Of a DNA stretch of 40,294 nt, positions 1 through 11,450 are shown one piece after another. Below the pieces are notes generated by a model. That model searched no databases. It was not told where the DNA came from and was given only the letters and a program-made list of their open reading frames with translations. The DNA lies in assembly GCF_001194135.2 (NCBI RefSeq), contig NC_068981.1, forward strand, positions 67,097,478 to 67,137,771, written 5' to 3'. Within the stretch, counting starts at the first letter, position 1; every line of letters begins with the position of its first letter. The stretch comes from Octopus bimaculoides. Its lineage: Eukaryota. The translations under genes and the position numbers were made by a program.

Positions 1-681
1 TTTTTCTTTTTAATGAAGATCGCTCATATTTTTGTAATATATCCTTGAAGTCAGTTGAATACAGTAAACTTTCTGAGTTGATCATTAATATTTCTAAACC
101 TTCATATCCGTATGTTTAAGATGAAGTGATGTAGGCAAGTGCAGCAGTATCTCTTAAACCTTCGGATTTGTCGGGCCAGCAAAGTATAGTTTTCTCTATT
201 TGTCGAATTAAAGGCGTACTGTTTTTTATTTTATTTTATTTTTTTATCGTTGGTGGTGAGTACCAAATACTTCCTTTGGGTAACGTCTGTTTTCAACTCA
301 TTTGGAGAAGCAAGTGCTCCTGAGCACAGAGAGAGACTGATTTCAACAAATGAATGTTGGCTCCTCGGTTGGGAATTTGTTAGTGTCGACTTTTATTTGA
401 GATATTTGATAATGGATGAGATGTCTAGACAAATATACTTAATTTTCAGATTGTGGGCATTAAATGGCTTATATTATTTGTGTACATTACCGGCGACTCT
501 AAGTTATGGAGATCGATAAACAAGATTACATTCTTCTTTCTAATTCTCCTCTGATATATAGTTGTAGCAATGGTTTCTGTCTAAACTAGCTTCTTACTGA
601 AGCCACATGGGACTAGTGCCTCATTAGAAACGAACACTGCTCGTTTGAAAACTTATTTCTACAGATAGGTTTGTGCACATG

Positions 682-682
<1 letters not shown>

Positions 683-717
<35 letters not shown>

Positions 718-787
718 CCTATCTATCTATCTATCTATCTATCNNNNNNNNNNATCTATCTATATATATATATATATATATATATAT
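683..787. repeat. (TCTA)n + (TA)n microsatellite spanning a 10-N gap (744-753)
   Basis: Tandem TCTA then TA units seen directly. Confidence 0.95.
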
Positions 788-892
788 TTTTTTCTCTATC
801 CATAAGCACGTGTGTATATAACTTGAACTGTACTATGCTGAATATATAACCTTAATTTTCTTCATTGTCTTATAATTTTAACCTTGAGAAGG

Positions 893-1010
893 TATGTGAT
901 CTAGCGGGTTGAGTGCTACGCTCACAGTCATAACGTCATGGGTTCGTTACTTTGACAGGGCAATGCGTCATATCCTCGAACAAATTTCCAGTCAGATCAC
1001 CTGAAAATTA
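893..1010 (+). mobile_element. Degenerate tRNA-derived SINE head
   Basis: A-box-like GTGATCTAGCGGGTTGAG and B-box-like GGGTTCGTTAC at tRNA-like spacing; heavily diverged. Confidence 0.4.
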
Positions 1011-2196
1011 ATACCAGTTGAGTGCTGATGCAGCTCCTCTCCGTCTAGCTGTCAGCTCGATGTCCCACTGCATTAAAAGCTGGAAAAGTGTGAAGATCTT
1101 TATGTCTAATGGCCACTACATAGACATCTAACACAATTAAGGAAAGCATGATATTTGAAACAAGTTTGTATTTGTTACGATAGATGAATATGGTTTTTAA
1201 TTTTAGCCTTGCTGCGAAAATGAAATAGATTTATTCTAAAGGTTTACACATCTCTGTAGACAGAAAAAAGTAGGATTAATGTGACTGGTTTCTAGTTTCC
1301 TTAGACTTTCCTCAGATAAAGAATAACCAATCTTTTGTTTATGTAGTGACTAGTAGCTTTTAAAACAAAATGTGACTATAGCACGATATTTTATATTTTG
1401 TGGACAGAAAAAGTGGAATAATTATGGTCAAATACTAGTTACGTTACCACTTCATCGGAGAAAAATACTGTATAGAGAATATCCGCAGATAGAAGATTCG
1501 TGTCATTGATTTTATCATTTAAAGGAATACTAAAACTATTTAGATCAATGTTACATTTGCTCTTCACAGAGCGATTAAAATTTGTATGTGGTTTCATTAT
1601 TTGCTATTGACAATAATGTTACACAGTAAATTTTACAAGAGAACAAGAGACGCTATTGGGTGCATTATCAATTCTTTAACTGACCACATTGTCAGGCCGG
1701 GCACCTTTATGCAAGTTAGCTGAACTAGTTTATTTGTGTCCGATACTTTCTACTTTGTAAACAGCTATATGTCACAAAACACTCTGTATGCAGAGGATAT
1801 GTTACTTTCTCTGATGAAGATCTAAGGCAAGAAATTAATTTCAATGATGCTGCATTTTCTGTCCATGAAAATATATAAACCCCGTGGTGTACAACTTCTA
1901 TTACATTTAAAATACACAAAAGTTTAATAATTGAATTGAATATAGTTTCGACCGTTTGTTTATAATTCTTGACTGCAAAATTCAATAATAGTTGCAATCA
2001 CAACACAACAAAATTATATAAAATCAAATAAACCATTAGACTTCGCTGGCAGATAGAGAAATGCGCAAAAACAAACAAAGAATATAAAGAAACTACTTTG
2101 TTATTTAATAATTTTGTAAAATATGGATTTGTAAAATGTATGTTCACACTGTGCGTACAGCAGATGTTAGACAACAATTACATCAACTTGTTGGTA

Positions 2197-2251
2197 CACG
2201 CACACGCACACGCACACGCACACGCACACGCACGCACACACACACATACAC

Positions 2252-2330
<79 letters not shown>

Positions 2331-2400
2331 GAGAGAGAGAGAGACAGCGAGATAAAGATAGAGGCAAATAGATAGATAGATAGATAGGTAGATAGATAAG
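2197..2400. repeat. Compound microsatellite (CACG)n/(CA)n/(GA)n/(GATA)n
   Basis: Seen directly; explains the low-complexity ORFs at 2098-2488. Confidence 0.95.
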
Positions 2401-2696
2401 TAGATTTGGAAGTACTCTTCTCATACAAAAAGTCATATTTATATATACGTATATGAATATATAGACATATACATATATCATATATCATTTATTTAACGAC
2501 AGCTTGACTTGGCTCCATGCAACTTAAAATTTCGTGATTTTTTGCATCGAAACGAACTTCTTAGGGCCGGAGATCCGAATCAATAGTGTCTGAGATATCT
2601 TAAGGAGATTGGGCTGTTATTGGTCGACGCGTCTACATGGTGTTACTAATATTGTGTTATTCGAATAGAAGCGACAACGATATATATATATATATA

Positions 2697-2908
2697 NNNN
2701 NNNNNNNNNNNNNNNNNNNNNNNNNNNNNNNNNNNNNNNNNNNNNNNNNNNNNNNNNNNNNNNNNNNNNNNNNNNNNNNNNNNNNNNNNNNNNNNNNNNN
2801 NNNNNNNNNNNNNNNNNNNNNNNNNNNNNNNNNNNNNNNNNNNNNNNNNNNNNNNNNNNNNNNNNNNNNNNNNNNNNNNNNNNNNNNNNNNNNNNNNNNN
2901 NNNNNNNN
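2697..2908. other. Assembly gap (N run) flanked by (TA)n
   Basis: N run. Confidence 0.99.
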
Positions 2909-3034
2909 ATATATGCATACATCCTTATACGCATACATATATGTATAGATATATACATTTATACACATTTATACACAAACACACAGATATATACATATTT
3001 ACGTATATATTTATATGTGTATCTATGCATGACA

Positions 3035-4265
3035 TCCAGTCTCACCTTTTGGTGTAATACCAATGAAGTTGTTTCAAAGTTCATGGTAAACCAAAGTAGA
3101 GACAGGGCAAAGTTTACCCAATTCGTATTGTAGGTTTTTATCCGTTTTTATCGAAATGGTTACTAGTTAAGGCGCTTATGTTCGCTAAAGAATTTACTAA
3201 CCTTAATGATATGGATAAAGATCTAATAATGCACGTTACACACAGCATTATATATAATGGACACCTAAACGAAGAGGCGCCAGTCAGTCCATTTTGGCCC
3301 ATGGAGAGATGACGATTTAACCATCTCTAGAGGCATAAACGGGTACACCATAGACAGGCTTTGAAAGGCCCAATACACACGTTTAGCTCCCTTAGTCTTA
3401 AGATTGCAATTGACGTCAATCTTACCATATCTAACTGTTTAGATATTACGTTGGATTTGGGTACTTGTTCATACATGCCTTACCGTAAACTTGTTAAACA
3501 CATATTGTGTTTAAGTACCCGAAGAAGGGTGTCAGTAAGAGGATTTCGAATCTGTCCCCAAAGGAACTCCCCCACCTTAAAATGAGACATTGTTAGTCAG
3601 CATCCTCTTCATGCCACGACCTAACACCCACAAAAGAATGCGTCACCTTAAGATCATTTGGTTTGCCCCACCCCTCTACCCCAATGCCAAGAGTTGCATG
3701 ATAAAGTTCTGCCTTAAATTTGTGAACAAGCATTTCGCGCAATCCCATATGTACCGACGAGTATTTAACAAACACGATTTAAGGGTCACCTTCTTCAGTG
3801 TGGCCTGAATTAGAAAGATTTTTGTGAATGCTCCTAAACACTGAACAGATGCCCATGTATGGTTAACAGTGAATGCCTAATGGGTGGTTGATGCAACTAC
3901 GAGTCCATGTTCTACAAGGCAGGAGTGGTGTGCGCCAGTAACAGCAGTAACAGCAATGAACAACACCACCAATAACCCAAGGACACATACGCGGAAATAA
4001 CTTGGAGCTACGGAGTTCCCTTTAAGCAGTGACTAAATAACTACAGGTCCTCCTTTAGGATGCAAGAAAGGTGCAACGTTATGCTTTTGGCCAATTACAT
4101 GTGGTGTTTAAAAGAAAAGTGAACGCCATACATGATTAAATGAAAACTCCTGGAACAACAGGAGCAAATTTTGCTTGGTCGCGAGGGCAAGGATCCTAAA
4201 AAATTCGCTTGAACTTCTTAACTTCTAAAATGAAATGTTTAGACGGTGCCTTCATGACAGACAGT
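3035..4265 (+). mobile_element. Decayed Penelope-like retroelement, Naiad-type (RT remnant + linker + GIY-YIG nuclease)
   Basis: Manual multi-frame translation gives colinear PLE motifs: LTFWCNTNEVV..KFTQF / IVGFYPFLSKWLLVKALMFAKEFTN (RT, ~3041-3270); FGPWRDDDL (YRDD-like, ~3293-3320); LKIAIDVNLTISNCLDITLDLGTCSYMPYRK; KIIWFAPP..FVNKHF..RVFNK (linker, ORF 3590-3808); CPC..SECLMGG*CNYESMFYKA..PFKQ*LNNYRSSFR..LANYMWCLKEK*TPYMIK*KLLE (GIY-YIG, from 3850); FCL..RIL..LLN..E...CLH (to ~4260). Multiple stops, frameshifts and an internal RT deletion. Confidence 0.85.
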
Positions 4266-5094
4266 TCTTGTTGGAGACATGGAATTCCCCACTTGCTGAC
4301 AGAAATCCTCCATAAACTCACGCTATTCGGTTACAACTGGAACAAAAACACCTTAGATAGAAAATATGCCTGTGATATTTGGAGTATGATAGTTCAACTA
4401 TGATAGTTGAAAAATACCTGTGATATTTGATATTTGAACGCATATCTTTGAAAAACTTTATGCTATGCTTTCAATTTTAGAAACTGTGTCCTTACCAGCG
4501 AGTATTTTAAGAAGTGTACTTATAAATATGTAGAGAGACACGAAGTAAATTATTTTTAACGGTTGTATTCGAAGATAAAGCTATTGATACTAACGTGTAA
4601 AAAATAGGGTCAAAAACACCCTGGACGGTAAAAAATGTTGAAGGTTACCAGGGGACTCGAATTCAATTTTTCTCTGAAGAGGTTTTCTTTTTACCCAATA
4701 TTCTACACGCCATTATTTATGGTTTAATCTTCGAGCTGAACCGTTAAAAATAAATAACGTAATATCTCTCCAAGATTCTAGATTCATATAATAATTGTAC
4801 CCCCATCCAACACATATGAATACATTGTAACAAAAGAAAAAGCACATAATATATTGTGGAGAGATTATATCTACAACCAAGAATTCAGGATTCCCTCCAT
4901 TGATAATCAGAGTTACATACACGTGTGAAATATATGTACATTCATTCACACAATTTCATGAAACTATCTGACTGATCTTACGTGCAATTTTCACCTCTGT
5001 CACAGTCAGTATAATGGTGTGAAAGATCAAATGTTACATGTGGGTATTAACGTATGCATATATGCATATATACTTGAGTGAATGCATGAACCCA

Positions 5095-5170
5095 TGTATG
5101 TATGTATGTGCACGCATGGATGTATGTCTCTATGTTTGTATGTATGTATGTATGTATGTATGTATGTATG
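5095..5170. repeat. (TATG)n microsatellite
   Basis: Seen directly. Confidence 0.95.
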
Positions 5171-5239
5171 TCTCTTCTGTATTTAATTATTTAAATTCCT
5201 CCTCTGAAGAAAGAGCTGTTTTCTAACAAAGATACAAAA

Positions 5240-5722
5240 CTTCATCATTGGAATGTAGATAACAAAAACAATGTCACATTTGGAAACTGAGAAACGTTTT
5301 GAATAGCTTTAATGTTCTGCATACATATTTGTAATATGCGAATCTGTTGGTTGATTTCTTTTTCTGAAAATTCAAGCTTATCCAGAGTGACAGATACAAA
5401 ACCAAGTGCCCCAACTTTTATTGGTATAAATGTAAATTTGTAATCAGAATACAGAAGCTGGAGGTTTCGAAGTAGTTGTCCATAATTATATATATTCTCT
5501 TTGATTTTCAAAGAGATTCACATCAGGAGAACAGTTAACCTCTATGGCAGTACATATTTTTTCTTGCCTTGCGCAAACAACGATATCCGGCCTGTTATGC
5601 TTACAGCTAACAAATGTTCCACCCGTAATCCTTGCACTGGTATTTGTGTACGTATTCAATACGAGAAGAATTCTCTATATTTATTACGGTACAGTTTTTT
5701 TTCCGAAAGACATTATGAAATT
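5240..5722 (-). mobile_element. RLE-type (R4/NeSL/Hero-like) non-LTR retrotransposon, C-terminal endonuclease part
   Basis: Minus-strand CKHNRPDIVVCARQEKICTAIEVNC (PD..E catalytic core) followed by KIKENIY..LLRNLQLLYSDYKFTFIPIKVGALGFV (ORF 5245-5511). Confidence 0.8.
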
Positions 5723-5843
5723 AATAATAAATATCTGAACGAGGTATAAACAGTAGCTGCACGACAACGTGAAGTATATTTGCCTCTTAAATGTGGCTAA
5801 CCACTAAGGGTGGATGCTACTGTAGCTTGTAGCCCCAGGAGAA
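5723..5843. repeat. 121-bp direct repeat, left copy (partner at 7927-8047)
   Basis: 117/121 identical to 7927-8047 by manual alignment. Confidence 0.95.
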
Positions 5844-8045
5844 CACCTCCTCCAGCTGCCTATTGACACACTTTCTGTGCCCTGTCAGTATTTGCAAAGG
5901 GAAGCCATCCTTCCCATCAACGACCTGACGTGATACGCATGGACCCAGGTTTCTAGGTATTTATCCGTCGTCATCGCTCGACAATCACCGGTCTTCGAAG
6001 ACATTTTTATTACAGGCACAAGGCTCAATTACAGAGGGGACATACAAAGACATGCGGGATCATAAAACATATGACGGATGATGTGAAATGAAAGAGAGAA
6101 AAAAAGAAAAATATAATGCAAATGATACGGCCCACTCGCTCCTGCTGCGATATGAACCATAGATTCCTTTTTACTTAAGCTTTTAGGCAACCTCCAGCCT
6201 CACTCCGAGGCGAAACCATAACTTTCCTTTTAGATTCTGCCTGACAATTTACAGATCTTTTAACCAATTGTTCATACAGATTTTACTTCTTATTTTCTTC
6301 CTTTTTTGTTTGCCCCTTTTTTTTAAACAAAAAAAAAACATTTTGGAAACCTGATCTTTCAACCTTTACTTGTATTTCCTTAAAAGTTCAATCAAACATT
6401 TTCTCCAGTTACAGTCTTTACAGAATTAATTCGACCCACCTCTCATGTTTCTCACAATACCTTTCACCTCCACAATCTTCCACGTTAGGTTGTCCCATCT
6501 CACCACAATTGTCCTTTTGCTCGTGTTTCTCATGTTGTTTCCCCCTATTTCCTCCTTCCAGCCGTTCTACGCGTTCTTGCACTTCTGTCTCCAAGTCTGC
6601 GCGCTCCTGCACCTGTGTGTCCGTGCGTTCCTGCATGTGCGTGTCTGTGTGTTCGAGCACTTGTGCATCTGTGTGTTCATCTGACCGCAACTCCACGCGC
6701 TTCGTCTGTGTATCCATGTTTTGGAAATTCTGCAATTCTGGGTTGTCCCGTTTCTGGTCCAAATGTCTCTCTAATTCTCCCGCTGGCACCTCCACTGGTA
6801 AACCTTCTCCGCTTCCCATCGTGGGCTGGTTTTCCTGCTCCATTCCTTCACTCTTCCTCAAGTCCACAGTCGTCGGTGACTTTCCTCCCTCACGATTTCT
6901 GGTTTCTACCTCCGCAACACTCCCATCATATTCTATTTCTTGCTTCTGCCTATTCCCCACCGCTACATCTTGAGAACTCTCTTCCACCACTTCTATTGCA
7001 CTTCTAGGGCACTTTCCTTTCATGGCCGTGCTCTTTTAGGGCAATTTCCTCACCACATCCGTAACATTTTGGAGGTCTCCTCTCCAACACTACTTCCAGT
7101 TTGTCACCGTTTGGTAATTTCACAGTCTCCGCCATCTCATCGTAATATCTTGGGCCGACCGCGCAGACTACTTCAACAACACAATCCCCAAAATTCACTT
7201 GTTGTGTTCTGCTCACTTAGCCAATGCTCAGGTTGTTTCCACTCCTCAGCTCAGAATTAAATATTGTGGCCACTATCTATTCAGGGTCTATTGACGGTGG
7301 GACTCCTCTCATCCTGATGCCTACTAATCCTTTGCCCGAACAGTTCAGCATCAACGTCTATTTCAATCCCATCATCATCGTATTGCTGTACTTGTTTGCC
7401 TCTTCTTCTAAAAGAAAGGCCACTACAACAGATCCATAACTTCCTCCTCTCGTAAGAAACGTCATCTTCCCATCCTCTAACACCTGATCCACCACCTCCT
7501 GCGGTGCATGTTCCATTCTCCCACTTTCATGTGAACATTTCTGAATATTACTGTCTTGCTCTCCATTTCTCTTCCTTCCCCCTCAGACAGGATCATTTTT
7601 ATGTTTGACCCCTCTTGTTTAACATTCTCACAACACTTCATTATCGTCTCACCACTCCACTCCATCATCTCCGGCCTCAGCATACGTGGGTCCACAGCAT
7701 TTCGACTTGCAGCAGCTTCCGCACAACTCTTCATTTCTTCAGGTGTTTCACAACCACCCAACAACGGTGGCTTCACAAAAAAAAAAAAGAAAAATAAATT
7801 CGGCCAAACTCCTTTCAAAAACCAATAAAAATCAGCAGTCTTCGATGCGAAGGGGTCCCAATGCAAATACATATATCCTTTTTCCAGTGACGAAAAGTCA
7901 CTGATCTCGAAAAAGTGTAAACAAGCAATAATAAATCTCTGAACGAGGTATAAACAACAGCTGCACGACAACGTGAAGTATATTTGCCACTTAAATGTGG
8001 CTAACCACTAAGGGTGGATGCTACTGTAGCTTGTAGCCCCAGGAG
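5724..8045 (-). mobile_element. Non-autonomous L1/Tx1-like unit (ORF1 only) with terminal direct repeats, inserted in the RLE element
   Basis: Contains gag-like ORF1, AATAAA at 6011-6006 (minus strand) and 121-bp terminal repeats. It is flanked by AATTA at 5719-5723 and 8046-8050, and the host RLE sequence resumes on both sides (HDFVT | FHNVFRKK). Confidence 0.7.
6180..7734 (-). pseudogene. Disrupted L1/Tx1-like ORF1 (RRM-like region + CCHC zinc knuckle + charged low-complexity tail)
   Basis: Starts MKSCAEAAA at 7734; GSYGSVVVAF..GIRMRGVPPSIDPE (RRM-like); VVLERRPPKCYGCGE...GH/MKGKCP (frameshifted CCHC knuckle at ~7070-7005); E/Q/R-rich ORF 6418-7023; several stops and frameshifts. Confidence 0.7.
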
Positions 8046-8047
8046 AA
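7927..8047. repeat. 121-bp direct repeat, right copy
   Basis: 117/121 identical to 5723-5843. Confidence 0.95.
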
Positions 8048-8470
8048 TTATTTGTCACAAAGTCATGTTGCATAGGGAAGAAGTGTCTTCATGAGATTTT
8101 ATGGCAGCTGCTAATCACATTTGTGATGTCCTCAACAGAAATACGACACAATCTACATTTACGGATGCATCACAGAATTCCAAGGGCATCACTGTCTCTT
8201 TTGCTGATTCAGTATTTAGTAGCAATCTTCTGTTCTTGGATTGTAAATGCATAACCTTCGAAATATCATGTAATGTAGCGGTCACGAGTCCAAGAAAGGA
8301 CTACGACAAACATATCCATGCATGGTCTTTTTCTTTTTTTGGTATGGTGAGCGTTTCACCCTCAGGTCTTCTTTGAGGTATGCTAATCCAGCTGATTTGG
8401 GCTTGTATGGGAGGTCATCAGGAAGAGAGTATTTCTTGAGGAGCTCACTTCCAGCATGTAGCATATTGTT
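8048..8470 (-). mobile_element. RLE-type non-LTR retrotransposon, zinc-finger part (same copy as 5240-5722)
   Basis: Minus strand: ..KTMHGYV..SFSWTRDRYIT*YFEGYAFTIQEQKIATKY..KCRLCRISVEDITNVISSCHKIS*RHFFPMQHDFV, the CCHC-type finger and (R)HD motif that precede RLE domains. Confidence 0.85.
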
Positions 8471-8476
8471 TTCTCG

Positions 8477-8582
8477 ATGTATGTATGTATGTATGTATTA
8501 TGTATGTATGTATTATGTATGTATGTTTGTATGTTTGTATGTATGTATGCATGTATTTATGTATGTGTGTGTTTGTGTGTGT
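8477..8582. repeat. (TATG)n/(TG)n microsatellite
   Basis: Seen directly. Confidence 0.9.
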
Positions 8583-8596
8583 GGGGGGGAGGGGGT

Positions 8597-8885
8597 ATGT
8601 GTCTTCTACTGTAGCCCCAGGTCAAGCAAAGCCTTTTTGATAGAAACCGAAACCTCGTCGTATAGGTATCTATATGTGTGTGTCTTTGTGTTTGTGTTTT
8701 CCCCCAGCACCGTTTTACTACAAGTGATGGTTTGTATATGTCCACATAACTTAACAGTTCAGCAAATTTGACCGATGGAATAAGTGCCAGTCTTTAACAA
8801 ATTATTGCGGTAGGTTTCTTCGACTAAACATTTCGAGGCAGAGAAAACCACCATGGCTGCAGCTGAATTACTCAAAGAAGCAAAT
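8597..8885 (+). mobile_element. Degenerate tRNA-SINE body and tail (same family as 39254-39386)
   Basis: GTGTCTTCTACTGTAGCCCCAGG..AAAGCC..GAAACCGAAACCTCGTCGTATA resembles 39298-39388; continues through an internal microsatellite to a CCATGGCTGCAGCT tail. Confidence 0.5.
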
Positions 8886-9269
8886 GGTAATATACTACAT
8901 ACATGTGTGTGTATGCGTGTGTGTGTGTGTGTGTGTGGTACGCCTGCATGCGCTTATGTATGTACGTACACTTGTATATATGTACACATGTACACATAAT
9001 CGTATTTATCTGTAAACGTGCTCATGAAGGTATTCAAAGATATTATCGCCTATTTTGATCTTATTACATGCTTCAACTCATTGAATATTTTACATATTTT
9101 GAGTGCACTTTTGATAGCTTCTAGCTGTAATATCTCTCTTAATCATGTCGAAACACCAGTATCGTTGAACCCCGTGCGCCGATGCGCTGAGTGTATTGAC
9201 TACACAGTCGTCGTAAAAGGGAAATGCTTTTCTCCTATGATTTAGACTACAGTGTCTAGCATATTTTGC

Positions 9270-9900
9270 TTCCTAACCTGCCTGGATGTACTAAGAATAA
9301 ATATGAAAAAATCGCTTTGTGAAACTCATGTTACCATTCAGGCAGTAGTCACGTATTCTAGTTCTCCAATAATTATTGGTAGATATCTAAAACTAAAGTT
9401 CAGATAGAATAACTGCAGATTTCGCTTCGACTCGGTATATATGCTTTCACTAACTCTTATTTTATTGAATTATTGAAAGGAACAGCCCGCTGTTATCTTT
9501 TGATGGTACGTATGCATACGTATTCATCTCGGTTGCCTCTTGTACTTGATCCTGTGGTTATCCTGTTTACACATTTTGTTATATTATTTTCTAGCTATAC
9601 CATGGCTCGTGCTAGGTAAAATATTGATAACATTTTCGGACAGCTACTTTTGATGTGGAAGACATTTTGATTGTGAATTACAGAGTATCCATGAGTTGTC
9701 GCATCTAAGTGGTTTATCTGCATTTCTGTCCCTGTTGTGCATGAATTTATATGTCTTAACTAAGCGTTCATTGTTGCAGATTAGAAAAGATCTTCGTATA
9801 TCCTCAAGTAACTATTGTATTCTTCATTTGATATTGAAGAAATTGTCAGGACATTAGTATGATGTGACAAGATGGGTTCGTATTTCTTCATTTTACAACC
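9270..9900 (-). mobile_element. Older RLE-type non-LTR retrotransposon fragment
   Basis: Minus strand: RDRNADKPLRCDNSWILCNSQ, VFHIKSSCPKMLSIFYL, RNLQLFYLNFSFRYLPIIIGELEYV; colinear with the 5240-8470 copy. Confidence 0.6.
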
Positions 9901-10339
9901 ATGTCAGAACAATTATCCTGGCGATATGAACACTTTTTTGGCGGGTGTGGGGTGAGATATATTTAAGTCTTCCATTGCAGAATTCATGCCAATAACTAAC
10001 GAATTGACATAGCGTTTCTGTTCATATCAAAACATTTCAGGGCTTTATGAATGTATGAATTATGCGGTCTGGCGTGTGCACATAGATAAATTTGCTCCCA
10101 TGTAGTGGGTCTATATTTGGCTTGAGTACACAAGAGCATGTGCTTCACTGCAGCTTATGTGTGTCTTTGTTTGACTTCGTGTTTGCATGTGGTTTTTCGT
10201 ATGCGCATGTAACTGTATACAAACTTAAGGCTAGGAACCTCATATGGGTAATTTATGGTATAGGTAATTTTTGGTGTTTTACGGTTTCATTGTTTCCCTG
10301 ATCTTATTTTGACCCATTGCTTTATAACTTCTTTATGTT

Positions 10340-10670
10340 TTCTTTTATTTTTCTGCTACACTGGCATGACATAAACGGCATTTTCATGGGGGCTTAGTAG
10401 CATTCTTAACTCTCTTATTGCTTAAAACTTAATTGTTCTTTTCTGCTCCTGGATAACACAGCTGTAGCCTTCTAGGACGCATGCGCTATACCTATCAGAT
10501 GTTCAGGAGAAGCTACTATTCCTGTCATTGTTGCGAGTATTCTGTTGTTTGGTTAATATGTACTTGTGCATTACTTTCTGGTAGTGTGGTGAATATTTCT
10601 CCTCCAAATCTCCGCTAAAGTAGGTCATTCTAGTTATCTTTGGTTCATATGGAACAGCTGTATACTCACA
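10340..10670 (-). mobile_element. RLE-type non-LTR retrotransposon fragment (third copy)
   Basis: Minus strand: KVMHKYI..SSFS*TSDRYSACVLEGYSCVIQEQ..KCRLCHASV, matching the motif block at 8100-8340. Confidence 0.6.
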
Positions 10671-10683
10671 TACAATTATATTA

Positions 10684-10689
10684 ACACAC

Positions 10690-10746
<57 letters not shown>

Positions 10747-10764
10747 CGTGTGCGCGTTTGTATT

Positions 10765-10802
<38 letters not shown>

Positions 10803-11450
10803 NNNNNNNNNNNNNNNNNNNNNNNNNNNNNNNNNNNNNNNNNNNNNNNNNNNNNNNNNNNNNNNNNNNNNNNNNNNNNNNNNNNNNNNNNNNNNNNNNN
10901 NNNNNNNNNNNNNNNNNNNNNNNNNNNNNNNNNNNNNNNNNNNNNNNNNNNNNNNNNNNNNNNNNNNNNNNNNNNNNNNNNNNNNNNNNNNNNNNNNNNN
11001 NNNNNNNNNNNNNNNNNNNNNNNNNNNNNNNNNNNNNNNNNNNNNNNNNNNNNNNNNNNNNNNNNNNNNNNNNNNNNNNNNNNNNNNNNNNNNNNNNNNN
11101 NNNNNNNNNNNNNNNNNNNNNNNNNNNNNNNNNNNNNNNNNNNNNNNNNNNNNNNNNNNNNNNNNNNNNNNNNNNNNNNNNNNNNNNNNNNNNNNNNNNN
11201 NNNNNNNNNNNNNNNNNNNNNNNNNNNNNNNNNNNNNNNNNNNNNNNNNNNNNNNNNNNNNNNNNNNNNNNNNNNNNNNNNNNNNNNNNNNNNNNNNNNN
11301 NNNNNNNNNNNNNNNNNNNNNNNNNNNNNNNNNNNNNNNNNNNNNNNNNNNNNNNNNNNNNNNNNNNNNNNNNNNNNNNNNNNNNNNNNNNNNNNNNNNN
11401 NNNNNATATATATATATATATATATATATATACAGTAATACACACACATA
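10684..11450. repeat. (CA)n and (TA)n microsatellites around assembly gap 10803-11405
   Basis: Seen directly. Confidence 0.95.

Noticed and set aside
1811-1835. CTGATGA..GAAA as a hammerhead
   Set aside because: No stem II pairing and no stem I/III partner.
3889-4143. In-frame TGA codons as selenocysteine
   Set aside because: They fall at non-Cys positions, the copy also has TAA stops and frameshifts, and no SECIS was recognised.
5723-6002. snRNA/5S/rRNA target gene or a ribozyme within the 121-bp repeat and spacer
   Set aside because: No resemblance to U1, U2, 5S or rRNA sequences as I recall them, and no complete hammerhead or HDV fold found by eye; needs an Infernal/Rfam scan.
5723-8047. 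Canonical LTR retrotransposon or TRIM
   Set aside because: The repeats lack TG..CA ends, no TGG-type PBS follows the 5' repeat, and the ORF and 3' end look L1/Tx1-like. A short GGAGGAGG tract before the 3' repeat is too weak to call a PPT.
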